Shown: positions 1 through 9,039, numbered from the stretch's first letter. The stretch: 64,000 bases of DNA from Sphaerobacteraceae bacterium (GCA_016781925.1 JADDPH010000051.1:6749-70748); one strand, 5' to 3'. Program-made: numbers and translations. Notes: generated from the sequence alone by a model not told the origin.

Positions 1-254
1 GGTGGTCTGCGGAAGCTAGCCGCCCGTGCTCATCCCCGGAGGGGCCCCGTCGGGTGAGGGAGCGGGTGCAGTCCAGGCATGGAGACGCCGACCCCTGGAG
101 GCGCAGGCACCCCGTCAGACGGATGTGGGCTGGCAGATGCTGCCCTGTTGGTCACGGACGCTGGAAGCCGCATGGGACACCTGGCCCATCAGTGGGCACG
201 AGACGAGGGGAGGATGGACGGAGGCAGGCACTCCCCCCATCCGATATGTCTTTG

Positions 255-1448
255 TCAGGCTACCCCAGCGAGGAGACGCTCCCGTTGGACCGTCTCCACC
301 AGCACCTGTATCGTTTCGTCGACCTGCTCGGGGGTGTTGCTTCGACCGACCGTGAACCGCAGACTCGACCGAATCCGCTCGTCACTGAGGCCCATCGCCT
401 GGAGCACATGGCTGGGCTGTGCGTTCCCAACCGCACACGCCGACCCGGCCGAGGCGGCGATCCCTTGCATGTCGAGGCTAAGCAGCATCGTCTCCCCTTG
501 GACCCCAGGGAGCGACACGTTAACGTTGTTGGCGAGGCGGCGCTCGGAGTCGGCCGGACCGTTGAGCGCAATCTCCGGGATCGCCGAACGCAAACCATTG
601 AGCAGGCGGTCACGGAGCGCCGCGCAATGGGCGTTGTCGCTGGGCCGTCCTCGCTCCGCTCGATCAAGCGCGGTCGCCATGCCGACGATGAGTGGCACAT
701 TCTCGGTTCCACCCCGGCGCCCACTCTCCTGACCGCCCCCGTGCTGTTGGTAGGCAATCGGCGTCTGGTTCCTCACGTAGAGCAACCCTACGCCCTTCGG
801 CCCGTAAAACTTATGTGCGGCCAGCGTCAGCAAGTCAACGTTGAGGTCGTCGACGTGGAGCGGGAGGGCGCCTGCGGCCTGCACGGCGTCAGTGTGGACC
901 GGAATCCCGAGGTCCCGGGCGAGCGCACCGATCTCCCCGATGGGCTGGATGGACCCAACCTCATTGTTTGCGTACGTCACCGAGATCAAGCACGTTTCTG
1001 GCCGTACAGCCGCTGCCACGTCTGTCACCGACACCAGACCTTCGCTGTCACAGGGAACGTAGGAGACGGCGAAGCCCTGGCGCTCCATCCACCGGGCCGT
1101 CGCCAGGATGGCCGAATGCTCAATTGCCGTGGTGATGACATGGGGCGTACTGCCCGCCGGAACAGCGAGACGGCGATGCCACGCCACGCCGGAAAGGGCG
1201 AGATTATCGGCCTCGGTAGCTCCGCTCGTGAAGACGATCTCAGATGGGCGGCAGCCAAGGACATCGGCGATGGCTGCCCGGGAGCGGTCGAGGGCCACCC
1301 GCGACTCCTGCCCCAATTGGTAGATGCTGGAGGGGTTGCCGAACCGCTCGGTGAAGTAGGGCAGCATCGCCTCCATCACGGCAGGATCAACCGGCGTCGC
1401 TGCGGCATGATCAAGATAGATGGTGTCGGTTGGTGGCAGCAGGTTCAT
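255..1448 (-). CDS. Cysteine desulfurase, class I (NifS/IscS-like), about 397 aa
   Basis: Track ORF 255..1640. Homology begins at the internal Met (MNLLPPTDTIYLDHAAATP...), with ATG = 'cat' at 1446-1448. Motifs present: SGATEADN, HKFYGPKGVG (PLP Lys region) and SAGSACA (active-site Cys loop). The upstream 64 codons are Arg/Pro-rich junk. Confidence 0.9.
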   Translation of the reverse strand: MNLLPPTDTIYLDHAAATPVDPAVMEAMLPYFTERFGNPSSIYQLGQESRVALDRSRAAIADVLGCRPSEIVFTSGATEADNLALSGVAWHRRLAVPAGSTPHVITTAIEHSAILATARWMERQGFAVSYVPCDSEGLVSVTDVAAAVRPETCLISVTYANNEVGSIQPIGEIGALARDLGIPVHTDAVQAAGALPLHVDDLNVDLLTLAAHKFYGPKGVGLLYVRNQTPIAYQQHGGGQESGRRGGTENVPLIVGMATALDRAERGRPSDNAHCAALRDRLLNGLRSAIPEIALNGPADSERRLANNVNVSLPGVQGETMLLSLDMQGIAASAGSACAVGNAQPSHVLQAMGLSDERIRSSLRFTVGRSNTPEQVDETIQVLVETVQRERLLAGVA

Positions 1449-1530
1449 CAGATCGCTCCGGAGAGGACGGCACAAAGGGACCCGTCGGCAGGGGATCGAG
1501 AATGCTGAACGGTGGGGAGGAAGAGGGGGA

Positions 1531-2037
1531 TTAGGGCAAGGACGCCGATGCAGCAGGCGTCTTCGCCATTCGGTCCGACCGGCGCGCCTTCTTTGGATCC
1601 ACCAGATCCGCCAGGGTCGTGGAATCGAGCGCCTCGGCAATGGAATCCCGTACCTTGAGCCAGACGGGGCGCGTCTCGCATCCCTCGATCAGTGGGCAGG
1701 TCTGATCAGCGGAATCTTCGGACACGCAGTCCATGGGCGCCACCGGGCCTTCCATCACCCGGTAGACCTCGCCCACCCGGATCGCCGCCGGCGGCCGTGA
1801 CAGCTGGTAACCGCCGCGCGCACCTCGCTTGCTCTCCACAAGGCCCGCCTTGCGCAACGGGGCGATCAACTGCTCGAGGTACGCAGGAGGCACGGAGGAA
1901 TCCTGGGCCACGGACGCAAGCGACACCGGCCCATCGCCGTAGGTACGCGCGAGGGCGACCATCGCCCGGACTCCATATTCGCCTCGGCTCGAGATCTTCA
2001 CGCCGGCCTCCATGGACGGGGACGTACCCCTTCCCAT
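1531..2037 (-). CDS. Rrf2-family transcriptional regulator (IscR/CymR-like)
   Basis: The N-terminal wHTH (KISSRGEYGVRAMVALAR...SLASVAQDSSVPPAYLEQLIAPLRKAGLVESKRGARGGYQL) is typical of Rrf2 proteins. It has Cys residues C-x-C-x5-C-like (CVSEDSADQTCPLIEGC). It sits directly upstream of the desulfurase. An alternative start exists at 2013. Confidence 0.85.
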   Translation of the reverse strand: MGRGTSPSMEAGVKISSRGEYGVRAMVALARTYGDGPVSLASVAQDSSVPPAYLEQLIAPLRKAGLVESKRGARGGYQLSRPPAAIRVGEVYRVMEGPVAPMDCVSEDSADQTCPLIEGCETRPVWLKVRDSIAEALDSTTLADLVDPKKARRSDRMAKTPAASASLP

Positions 2038-2211
2038 GGCATCCTACTTTCGCGACCGTAAACGGTCAAGGCGCGTCGGCTCGCCCCGGTCAGGTAGCCG
2101 GCGATTCAGAGGTGTTAGCAACCAATCCCGGAGCACTCCGAGGACACCGACAAGGATCCCCAGGTCGTTCCATCTCGGTGCATCGCTCGCGGGTGGCGAA
2201 GTCCTGTCTGC

Positions 2212-3372
2212 TTAACGCCCCCATGCTCGGAGGAGTTCGGTGAGGGCACTGGTCAGCCCTTGTGGAACCCGGAAATGGAACGGCGACGGGGAGAGTTGCC
2301 GATAAACGTGGACGAACCGGTCCGCAGTGAAGATGCCACGATACTGCCCGTCCTCGGTCACGGGCATTGCCCACCGGTTGAGTTGATTCATGCGCTGCTG
2401 CACATCGTAGACCGAGTCGTCGATATCCACCGTGACCACCGCGCTGTCCATCACGTCGGCAACCGTGCGGATACCAGCTCCGCCGTTCAAGCCGTGCAGG
2501 ACCTGGTTCCGCCAAAGCATCCCGACCACTCGACCCCCATCGGTGACGGCGACATCGCGGGGTCCGCCACGGAGCGCGTAGGTAAGGGGATGGTGGGGTG
2601 CAATACCGCCCATATCCCACAGTGCAAACTGACCGACCCGGAGGCGCCGCATGGCGGACTCCACCTTCACGGCCCGGCCTTCGACGTGCGCAGTCACGAT
2701 CACGAAGAGCCCGATGAGCGGGAGCGAATATTCTTGGTACCACAGTCCCAACACAATGAGACCGACAGCCATAGCCTGACCGACCATGACCGCCGCTCGC
2801 GTCGCTCGTTCCCGCCCGATCATCGCAGTCAGGAGCGCCCGCAGCACGCGACCTCCATCCATAGGGAAGGCAGGGAGTAAATTGAAAAGCAAGAGCACGA
2901 CGTTGACGAAAAAAAGGTAGACGAGCAGCGCGCCCGGCGAGACGTGCTCGGTGACATAGAGGAGATAATCACCCGGCGAGCGGAAGCCGCTGATCACGCC
3001 GAAGAGTGCAAGCGGCGGCAGCAGCGCGACGGCGATGGCGACGTTGACCGCAGGGCCCGCGAGTGCGATCAGCACCTCTGCGCGGGGTCGGGCAGGTACC
3101 TGCTCGATTCTCGCCACACCGCCCATGGGCCAGAGGGTGATATCGTGGACCCGAATACCATGCTGGAGCGCCATAAAGCTATGCCCGAGCTCGTGCAGCA
3201 CCACACAGCCGAAAACGAGCCCAAGCAGCGTAACGCCAAAGAGCATGGCGAGGAATCCGCCGTCACTCCCGCGACCCCACTGGAAGAAGACCCAGAGGAG
3301 CACAAGAGCAAACGTCGGGTGGACGTTGATCTCGATCCCGCGAATGTGCCCGATCGTTCGCGATCGCACCAT
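2212..3372 (-). CDS. M50 site-2 metalloprotease with C-terminal CBS pair
   Basis: It contains the HELGH zinc motif, NLLPAFPMDGG (the second M50 motif) and several hydrophobic segments. The C-terminal part is CBS-like (VADVMDSAVVTVD...AMPVTEDGQYRGIFT). Confidence 0.85.
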   Translation of the reverse strand: MVRSRTIGHIRGIEINVHPTFALVLLWVFFQWGRGSDGGFLAMLFGVTLLGLVFGCVVLHELGHSFMALQHGIRVHDITLWPMGGVARIEQVPARPRAEVLIALAGPAVNVAIAVALLPPLALFGVISGFRSPGDYLLYVTEHVSPGALLVYLFFVNVVLLLFNLLPAFPMDGGRVLRALLTAMIGRERATRAAVMVGQAMAVGLIVLGLWYQEYSLPLIGLFVIVTAHVEGRAVKVESAMRRLRVGQFALWDMGGIAPHHPLTYALRGGPRDVAVTDGGRVVGMLWRNQVLHGLNGGAGIRTVADVMDSAVVTVDIDDSVYDVQQRMNQLNRWAMPVTEDGQYRGIFTADRFVHVYRQLSPSPFHFRVPQGLTSALTELLRAWGR

Positions 3373-3758
3373 GGATTGCCGTGCCCTTCAGGGCTTCTCT
3401 TACGATCGAACAGGGCGGGGATCGAAGTGGCTGACGGAGCGGCGCCGTAGGGGTGACCCGGTCGTCCCCACCGGCGGGTTGAAGGGCACAACCGAAAATC
3501 GCCAGTGGCTCAACACTAGCATGGATGATGGAGACATCCGGGAAAGGGCCACACCGGCCATCGACTGATCATACCGTGAGAGCAGCGCGCTGTACAGGCA
3601 GCGACACGAAATGCCTATTGCGACCATCTGAAAAGGAGGGCAATCGCAAGACGGGGACGATGCACTAGGCGGCAGCTCCACCATGTAACTGGTGGTTCGG
3701 GGGACCAGGAGGGTAAAGCGGCGCCAAATCATTTTGATACTGTCGTTCTGCAAGAATC

Positions 3759-3788
3759 TTGCCACGATTTCGTCGGCATGACTATACT
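3759..3788 (+). promoter_or_regulatory. Candidate sigma-70 promoter upstream of rpoN
   Basis: TTGCCA (3759-3764), an 18-nt spacer, then TATACT (3783-3788). It lies in a locally AT-richer stretch about 160 nt upstream of the rpoN ATG. This is a pattern match only. Confidence 0.35.
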
Positions 3789-3949
3789 GGGGTTGCGGTC
3801 GAGGGGTGACCGGAATTCCCGCGAACTCAAGTCCCTCTGGTGGATCCACCAAATCCCCTCGTCATCGGCACCTTCTCCGAACGGTCCTTGCGGCGGTGTC
3901 TCGACGTTGAGCCGCTGTCCAGGAAGCAACGTCGCACGTAGGGAGCAGC

Positions 3950-5482
3950 ATGGCTGGGATGGAGAGCGGGTTCGATCTCGGGCAGGAGATGCGAGCGTGG
4001 GTGTCGCCCAGCCTCATTGAGGCCAACTACATCCTCAGTCTCTCCCGCTTGGAACTCCAGGATGTGATCGCCGCCGAAATGGAGGCGAATCCAGCGCTGG
4101 AGATGGACGAACGTCAGACGTGCCCGCTCTGCGGCAGTGTGCTCGATGGGACGTTCTGCACCACCTGCCTGGTCAGCCAGCGCACCACCCCCGACCCCGA
4201 GAGCTACGAAGACTTCCCAGAGCAACTGGTTAATGCGTCCTCCACCCGCGACGACTCGGACGACTTCGACCCCATGACGCTCGTCGCCTCCGACATGAGT
4301 CTCCCTGAGCAAATTCTCGCCGACGCCCGGACGATCCTTGAACCCGGGGAGTACCCCATCGCGGAGTACCTCGTCGACGCCCTCGATGACCGGGGATTCC
4401 TCACCGTCGATCTCAACGAGGTGGCCGACTTGACCGGGCTCCCGCTCGAGACTCTGACGGGCGTGCTGGAAGTGATCCAGGACGTGGCTCCGGTGGGAGT
4501 CGGGGCGCGGGATCTCAAGGAGTGCCTTCTCCTTCAACTTCGTTACCTTGAGGAAACCGCCCAAACCGTGCCGCCTCAGGTCGCCCGAATCATTACCTCT
4601 CATCTCGGCGAGTTTGGCGCCCACAAATACGGGCAGATTGCCAAAGACCTCAATCTCACTGCGGAGGAGGTCGAGGATGCGCGCACCTTCATCCGGACCC
4701 ACCTCAATCCCTTTCCACTCCAGGTGCAGGCGGCCAAGTCGTGGCGCAGCCCGACGAACTCAGCCTACGTCGCCCCCGATGTGATCATCTCGATCAAGGA
4801 CGACGAGCTGCGGGTCGAGGTGGTAGACACGAAACACTTTCATCTCCGGATGAGCCCCATCTATGACCGGCTTGCCGGGGACCTCGGCCGGAAACGGAGC
4901 ACCGTGAAGGCGTCCGCGCAGGGGAGCGGGGCAAACGGCGGCGCCGATGGACACGTCAACGGCCGCGGAGATGGCGCCGGCGGATCCATCAGTCAGACCG
5001 TTCCCTACAGCTCGGTGGCGTCCGATGCCGACCGGGCCCACGTCCGGCAGTACGCCGGACGCGCCAAGCTCTTCATCTCCAACATCCACCAGCGGCGGGA
5101 GACCCTCCTCAAGATCACGCTCTGCCTCTGCGAGTTGCAAGAGAGTTTTCTGCGCGGCGGCGTGCGAGAGCTGCGGCCGCTGACCCGGGCGGTGGTGGCG
5201 CAACAGGTGGGCGTCCACGAATCGACCGTCAGCCGGGCTACGGCCAACAAGTACGTGATGCTGCCGACCCGGAAGGTGATCCCGTTCAGCGATTTCTTCA
5301 CTCCCTCGCTGAGCATTAAGGACGTGATCAAAGAACTGATTGACCGGGAAGTCAAAAAGGGCGAACCGCTCACGGACCGCCGCATCTGCGATCTGCTGCT
5401 TCAGCAAGGCATCCGGATCGCCCGCCGCACGGTCGCCAAGTATCGTGCCGAACTGGGTATCCTTCCCTCCACGATGCGGTAA
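3950..5482 (+). CDS. rpoN: RNA polymerase sigma-54 factor, with an atypical CxxC-x8-CxxC insertion
   Basis: The C-terminal RpoN box is ARRTVAKYRAELGI and the HTH is VHESTVSRATANKYVMLPTRKVIPFSDFF. Core-binding region similarity is present. A GGGAG lies 4 nt before the ATG. The Cys4 motif CPLCGSVLDGTFCTTC is encoded at 4121-4168. Confidence 0.9.
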   Translation: MAGMESGFDLGQEMRAWVSPSLIEANYILSLSRLELQDVIAAEMEANPALEMDERQTCPLCGSVLDGTFCTTCLVSQRTTPDPESYEDFPEQLVNASSTRDDSDDFDPMTLVASDMSLPEQILADARTILEPGEYPIAEYLVDALDDRGFLTVDLNEVADLTGLPLETLTGVLEVIQDVAPVGVGARDLKECLLLQLRYLEETAQTVPPQVARIITSHLGEFGAHKYGQIAKDLNLTAEEVEDARTFIRTHLNPFPLQVQAAKSWRSPTNSAYVAPDVIISIKDDELRVEVVDTKHFHLRMSPIYDRLAGDLGRKRSTVKASAQGSGANGGADGHVNGRGDGAGGSISQTVPYSSVASDADRAHVRQYAGRAKLFISNIHQRRETLLKITLCLCELQESFLRGGVRELRPLTRAVVAQQVGVHESTVSRATANKYVMLPTRKVIPFSDFFTPSLSIKDVIKELIDREVKKGEPLTDRRICDLLLQQGIRIARRTVAKYRAELGILPSTMR

Positions 5483-5535
5483 TTCAGGGACCGCGAGTAG
5501 CCATGATGGGCGACCGGTCTCCCCTCGCTGAGACG

Positions 5536-5865
5536 CTAGGTTGCGGTGGGGATTGCGGAGTTGGGATCCCCGGGAGGCGGGGTTGGCACCGGATCCCCAT
5601 CGAGTAGACGTTCCACCAGATTCGTAAGCTCGCTTGGTGTGCCGTCGTAGGAGCCATAGTCGTCCGCCAGCAGCGACTTACCCTTCGCCCGGCCGGTCAC
5701 GATTGGCTCTGGCCCCCTCTCCGCCTCCCGCCAGACGATAAACCCGACTTCATCGATCCGATCCTTCACCGGATTCACCGTCAGGCGATACCCATCCCGC
5801 GTGAACTCCAGCGTCGCATCTCCCCGTTCCGTTACCAAATCCCACAGTCGATCAGCTACGTTCAT
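5536..5865 (-). CDS. Hypothetical protein (109 aa) with a Pro-rich C-terminus
   Basis: This is a clean ORF with a strong SD (GGAAGGAGAG) 4 nt upstream of the ATG at 5865. I recognise no family. Confidence 0.55.
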   Translation of the reverse strand: MNVADRLWDLVTERGDATLEFTRDGYRLTVNPVKDRIDEVGFIVWREAERGPEPIVTGRAKGKSLLADDYGSYDGTPSELTNLVERLLDGDPVPTPPPGDPNSAIPTAT

Positions 5866-6450
5866 CGGCTCTCCTTCCTCTATCGACGCGGTGTCCGGTT
5901 CGCACTACCACGGCCTCCCGCACACCATGTTGTCGCAGAGCCAATGCCGCGACGATCTCCACACCGTCGACTCCTCGGATGACGAACGGGCAGGCATCAG
6001 CGGGACTCTGCGCTGACCTGCGGCGACGGCGAAATGAGCAGCGAAGGGCCGGGGTGGGCGATGGAAGTCGGCGGGCGGTCATCAGACAGGAGGTCGGTGC
6101 AGGGGGGAGGCCCGGGAAGGACACTGCTGGCATCAGGCGGCACGTGGCCCGGACGAAGAGGCGTGGGCTTGCCCATGATCCGAGCGTCTGCGGCTCATCA
6201 GTGGGCGAGGCGGCCGGTGGGAGGGTAAGCCGCTGGCGCGTGGAGTCTCCTCACGGCACCAGAGACTGAATCGAGTTTCACCGTGGGGCTGCGCGGTCCC
6301 TCTCCACACGGGTCACGACGCTGACCCCAGTCCCTGGGTTTGTGTTGCACTGGCTGTTTTCCCCTGCCGGCAACCGGCGAGCCGGGGGGCGTCTTCGTCG
6401 GCTGATCCCATACACTGCTGCCAGCGGTCGAAGGAACGATAGGTCTCTGC

Positions 6451-6660
6451 GGGTTAGGTGAGAGCGCTACCACAAATTAAGTATGGGGAGTACGTTGTTC
6501 ATACGCTGCTCCCGCGAGACAGGAGCTCTAAAGTAGTTCCTGTAGCGGGGACGCTGCGGTCCGGGCCGAGATCTCACCTGGAAGTCGTCATCAATGGAGT
6601 TGGCCAATCGGCCACTTGCAGTCTCGGCCTCCGGACCCCCGAGGACAGTGCCTTCCACGT
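6451..6660 (+). promoter_or_regulatory. Candidate structured leader RNA with M-box-like sequence blocks (uncertain class)
   Basis: GGTTAGGTGAG (6451-6461) and ATACGCTGCTCCCG (6501-6514) resemble the GUUAGGUGAGG and AUACGCUGCUGCCC blocks of the Mg2+ M-box. GACGCTG (6550) and ACAGTGC (6645) follow in the same order. There are several perfect local helices: ACAGGA/TCCTGT at 6520-6543, CCCGC/GCGGG, and TGGCC/GGCCA at 6601-6614. Spacing differs from the Bacillus M-box, so this is a low-confidence call. Confidence 0.3.
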
Positions 6661-6848
6661 GCACCCTGACGTGGACTGGCTATGTCTTCACCGACGGATT
6701 CGACATGGTTCTTTGCCGTTAGCCCCGGTGGGCTCAACGGAGAGGACGCTGGTTCCCCAATTTCGTCCTTGAGTGCAGCGTTTGCGCTCGTGTCGCTCAG
6801 TACCACCGAATGAGATTCGGTGTCCCGCGTTGTTGGAGGTACGATCAC

Positions 6849-7274
6849 ATGTGGTCGCACAACAAAGAGGTCGTGCGTTGTTTCGTCGAGGAGGTTTTCA
6901 ACGGCGGCAACACCCGGCGGCTCGCCGACCTCGTCACACCTAACCACGTCCGCCATGGCCCCGACGGCGACTTTTACGGACCGGAGGGCGTCCGGATAGA
7001 CCTCGTGGAATATTGGAGCGGCTTCCGGGACTTGAAGCTGGTGGTCGAAGATCTGATCGCCGAGGGAGATCGGGTCGTTAGTCGATTCATCCTCCATGGT
7101 CGGCACGTGAACCCGTTCCTAGGGTTTGCACCGAGTGGCCAAGTCGTGGCAATTCCTGGCGTCTCCATCGACCGGATCGTTGACGGATGTCTGGCCGAAA
7201 GCTGGGTCAACCTCGATCTGTTTGGGCTTCTCGGTTCGCCTTGCGAGGCGACGCGGCTCGGGCTCGAGCCCTAG
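6849..7274 (+). CDS. SnoaL-like / predicted ester cyclase (NTF2-fold) protein
   Basis: The sequence is MWSHNKEVVRCFVEEVFNGGN...LVTPNHVRHG...EDLIAEGDRVVSRF...GVSIDRIVDGCLAESW, the characteristic pattern of COG5485-type ester cyclases. I chose the ATG at 6849 because GGAGG lies 9 nt upstream. The track ORF starts at 6810. Confidence 0.75.
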   Translation: MWSHNKEVVRCFVEEVFNGGNTRRLADLVTPNHVRHGPDGDFYGPEGVRIDLVEYWSGFRDLKLVVEDLIAEGDRVVSRFILHGRHVNPFLGFAPSGQVVAIPGVSIDRIVDGCLAESWVNLDLFGLLGSPCEATRLGLEP

Positions 7275-7618
7275 CTCCAGCCAACAGCGCCGAGATGCTG
7301 CCAGAAGACACCGCGGAAGGCCGAGAGCGGGACCTTCCCGGGGGGCGCAGGACGACAATCTCGCGTCTGCGACTCCCTTCCCGAGTGAGGGAGCGTAAGC
7401 CTCTCCCGGGAGATGCGGCTGCATGACGGGGATACAGGGACCGGCCCCACGCAGCTGGGGTGATGCAGTGGGTGATGGGTCGGCCAGAGGAAGGCCGGTC
7501 CCCTGCGACCGACCGCTTCCGCGGACGAGTTATGAAGGATGAAGGTTGGCCCCGATGACCTGAGGCACGGTCCCAGGCGAGGAAACAAGGAATCGAGCGA
7601 TGCCGAGCGGCACGGCGT

Positions 7619-7647
7619 CGCCACCCGCGGCACAACCACGGGTGGCG
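7619..7647 (-). terminator. Stem-loop downstream of the AAA+ gene (no U-tract)
   Basis: CGCCACCCG (7619-7627) pairs with CGGGTGGCG (7639-7647), giving a 9-bp perfect stem about 35 nt after the stop at 7681. Confidence 0.35.
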
Positions 7648-7680
7648 AAGATGGGTGCCCCGGACCAGGGAATGGGGCTG

Positions 7681-9039
7681 CTAAAAATCCACGAAGTAGG
7701 TCGAGCAGGCGCGGTCGATGAGATCAGGCGTGAGAACTGGGGGAGAACCATCGTACCTGGACATGCCGACCATCGTGCGCAGGAGGTCGCGGGGGTGGCA
7801 GGAGCGGAACTGCCGTCCTGGTCCGAGGTAATGCTTCCGCAGCAGATGGGCGAGACCGTTCTGGTCGAAGGGCACATTGAGTGAGTCGCACTGACGGCGG
7901 AAGATCTCGCAGAACGCCTCCAAACTCGGATCGCCCACGTGAATCTTGTTCTGCACGCGGCGCAGGAATGCCTCATCGACCAGGTCCTTCGGCGCCAGAT
8001 TGGTCGAGAAGACGATCAACTGGTCGAAGGGAATTTCGATCTTCTTGCCGGTGTGAAGCGTGAGGTAGTCGAGCCGCTTCTCGAGCGGGACGATCCATCG
8101 GTTCAAGAGCTGGCGCGGCTGGACGAGCTGACGGCCAAAGTCGTCAATCAGGAACATGCCGCCGTTGGCCTTGACCTGCAACGGCGCCTGGTAGATCTTC
8201 GAGCCGCTGTCGTAGACGAGGTCGAGGACGTCAAGGGTCAACTCGCCGCCGACGATCAGCGCCGGGCGGCGGCAGAGAACGAACCGCCGGTCGTAGTCGC
8301 TCCAGCCTTCGGCGTCGGTGATGGGCTCATGGTTATGTAGGTCGAAGACCTTGATGATCTGGCCGTCGACGGTGATCGCATGCGGAATGAGAACGTGCCC
8401 TCCGAGAAGGGGAATCGTGTGCTCTGCCAGCACGGTCTTGCCGTTGCCCGGAGGGCCGAACAGGAAGAGGGAGCGGCCGGTGTTGACGGCCCGCCCGATA
8501 GAGTCGACCACGTCCTGTTCGAGGACCAGGTCTGCCATCGCGCGGCGCACGTCCTCGGGACTTACCCGAGAGCCGCCGATAGCCTGCTGCTTCACGACGG
8601 CCGTGTAGTGCTCGAGGGTGACCGGAGCCGGGCCGGCGTAGGTGGTCCGCTCAAGAGATTGGTTCAGCCGGACGAGTCCCTTGTCGGTAACGGTGTACTC
8701 GTAACCCAGCTCGCTGTAGGCGTTGGTTGCTGTGGCCTCGATCAGGTGTTCGCGGCGAAGAAGCGTTAGTGCTCCCTCGACGATATTGCCGTACCGCAAG
8801 CAGAGTTGATCGCTGATGGCACCCGCGGTGATGTGATCGTTGAAGTAGATGATCTTCAGCGCGAGATCGGCGATCAGGGAGGTCGGGAGTCCCGTCTCCT
8901 CAACCGACCCGGGGGCACGGGCGATGGGGGGGACGGCCGACACCGGCTTGGCCTCCACCGGAGGCGTTGGCTTTGCTGTGGGTGCGATGGGCTCCGGCAT
9001 CCGAATGCCGGGCCGGCGCACCGAATCCCGAGTGATCAC
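7681..9039 (-). CDS. AAA+ ATPase of unknown function, with an N-terminal wHTH-like region
   Basis: Walker A is FLFGPPGNGKT, Walker B is GGMFLIDDFG, and the sensor/arginine region is VFSTNLAPKDLVDEAFLRR. I chose the GTG start at 9039 because AAGGAG lies 5 nt upstream. An alternative ATG is at 9000. There is no GAFTGA motif, so it is not a sigma-54 enhancer-binding protein. Confidence 0.8.
   Translation of the reverse strand: MITRDSVRRPGIRMPEPIAPTAKPTPPVEAKPVSAVPPIARAPGSVEETGLPTSLIADLALKIIYFNDHITAGAISDQLCLRYGNIVEGALTLLRREHLIEATATNAYSELGYEYTVTDKGLVRLNQSLERTTYAGPAPVTLEHYTAVVKQQAIGGSRVSPEDVRRAMADLVLEQDVVDSIGRAVNTGRSLFLFGPPGNGKTVLAEHTIPLLGGHVLIPHAITVDGQIIKVFDLHNHEPITDAEGWSDYDRRFVLCRRPALIVGGELTLDVLDLVYDSGSKIYQAPLQVKANGGMFLIDDFGRQLVQPRQLLNRWIVPLEKRLDYLTLHTGKKIEIPFDQLIVFSTNLAPKDLVDEAFLRRVQNKIHVGDPSLEAFCEIFRRQCDSLNVPFDQNGLAHLLRKHYLGPGRQFRSCHPRDLLRTMVGMSRYDGSPPVLTPDLIDRACSTYFVDF

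Noticed and set aside
54-1508. 484-aa plus-strand ORF
   Set aside because: It is antisense to the well-supported cysteine desulfurase gene. It is Arg/Gly/Pro-rich with no motifs, a typical high-GC shadow ORF.
5980-6300. GC-rich stretch with GGTGCC / CCACTG strings on the minus strand, considered as a cobalamin riboswitch
   Set aside because: The core GGGAA...GGUGAAAAUCC and B12-box elements are absent. The resemblance is limited to short, common strings.
6686-6700. GACGGATTCGACATGG, reminiscent of a tmRNA 5' end
   Set aside because: There is no tRNA-like 3' end (T-arm/ACCA) and no tag-peptide frame within several hundred nt on either strand.
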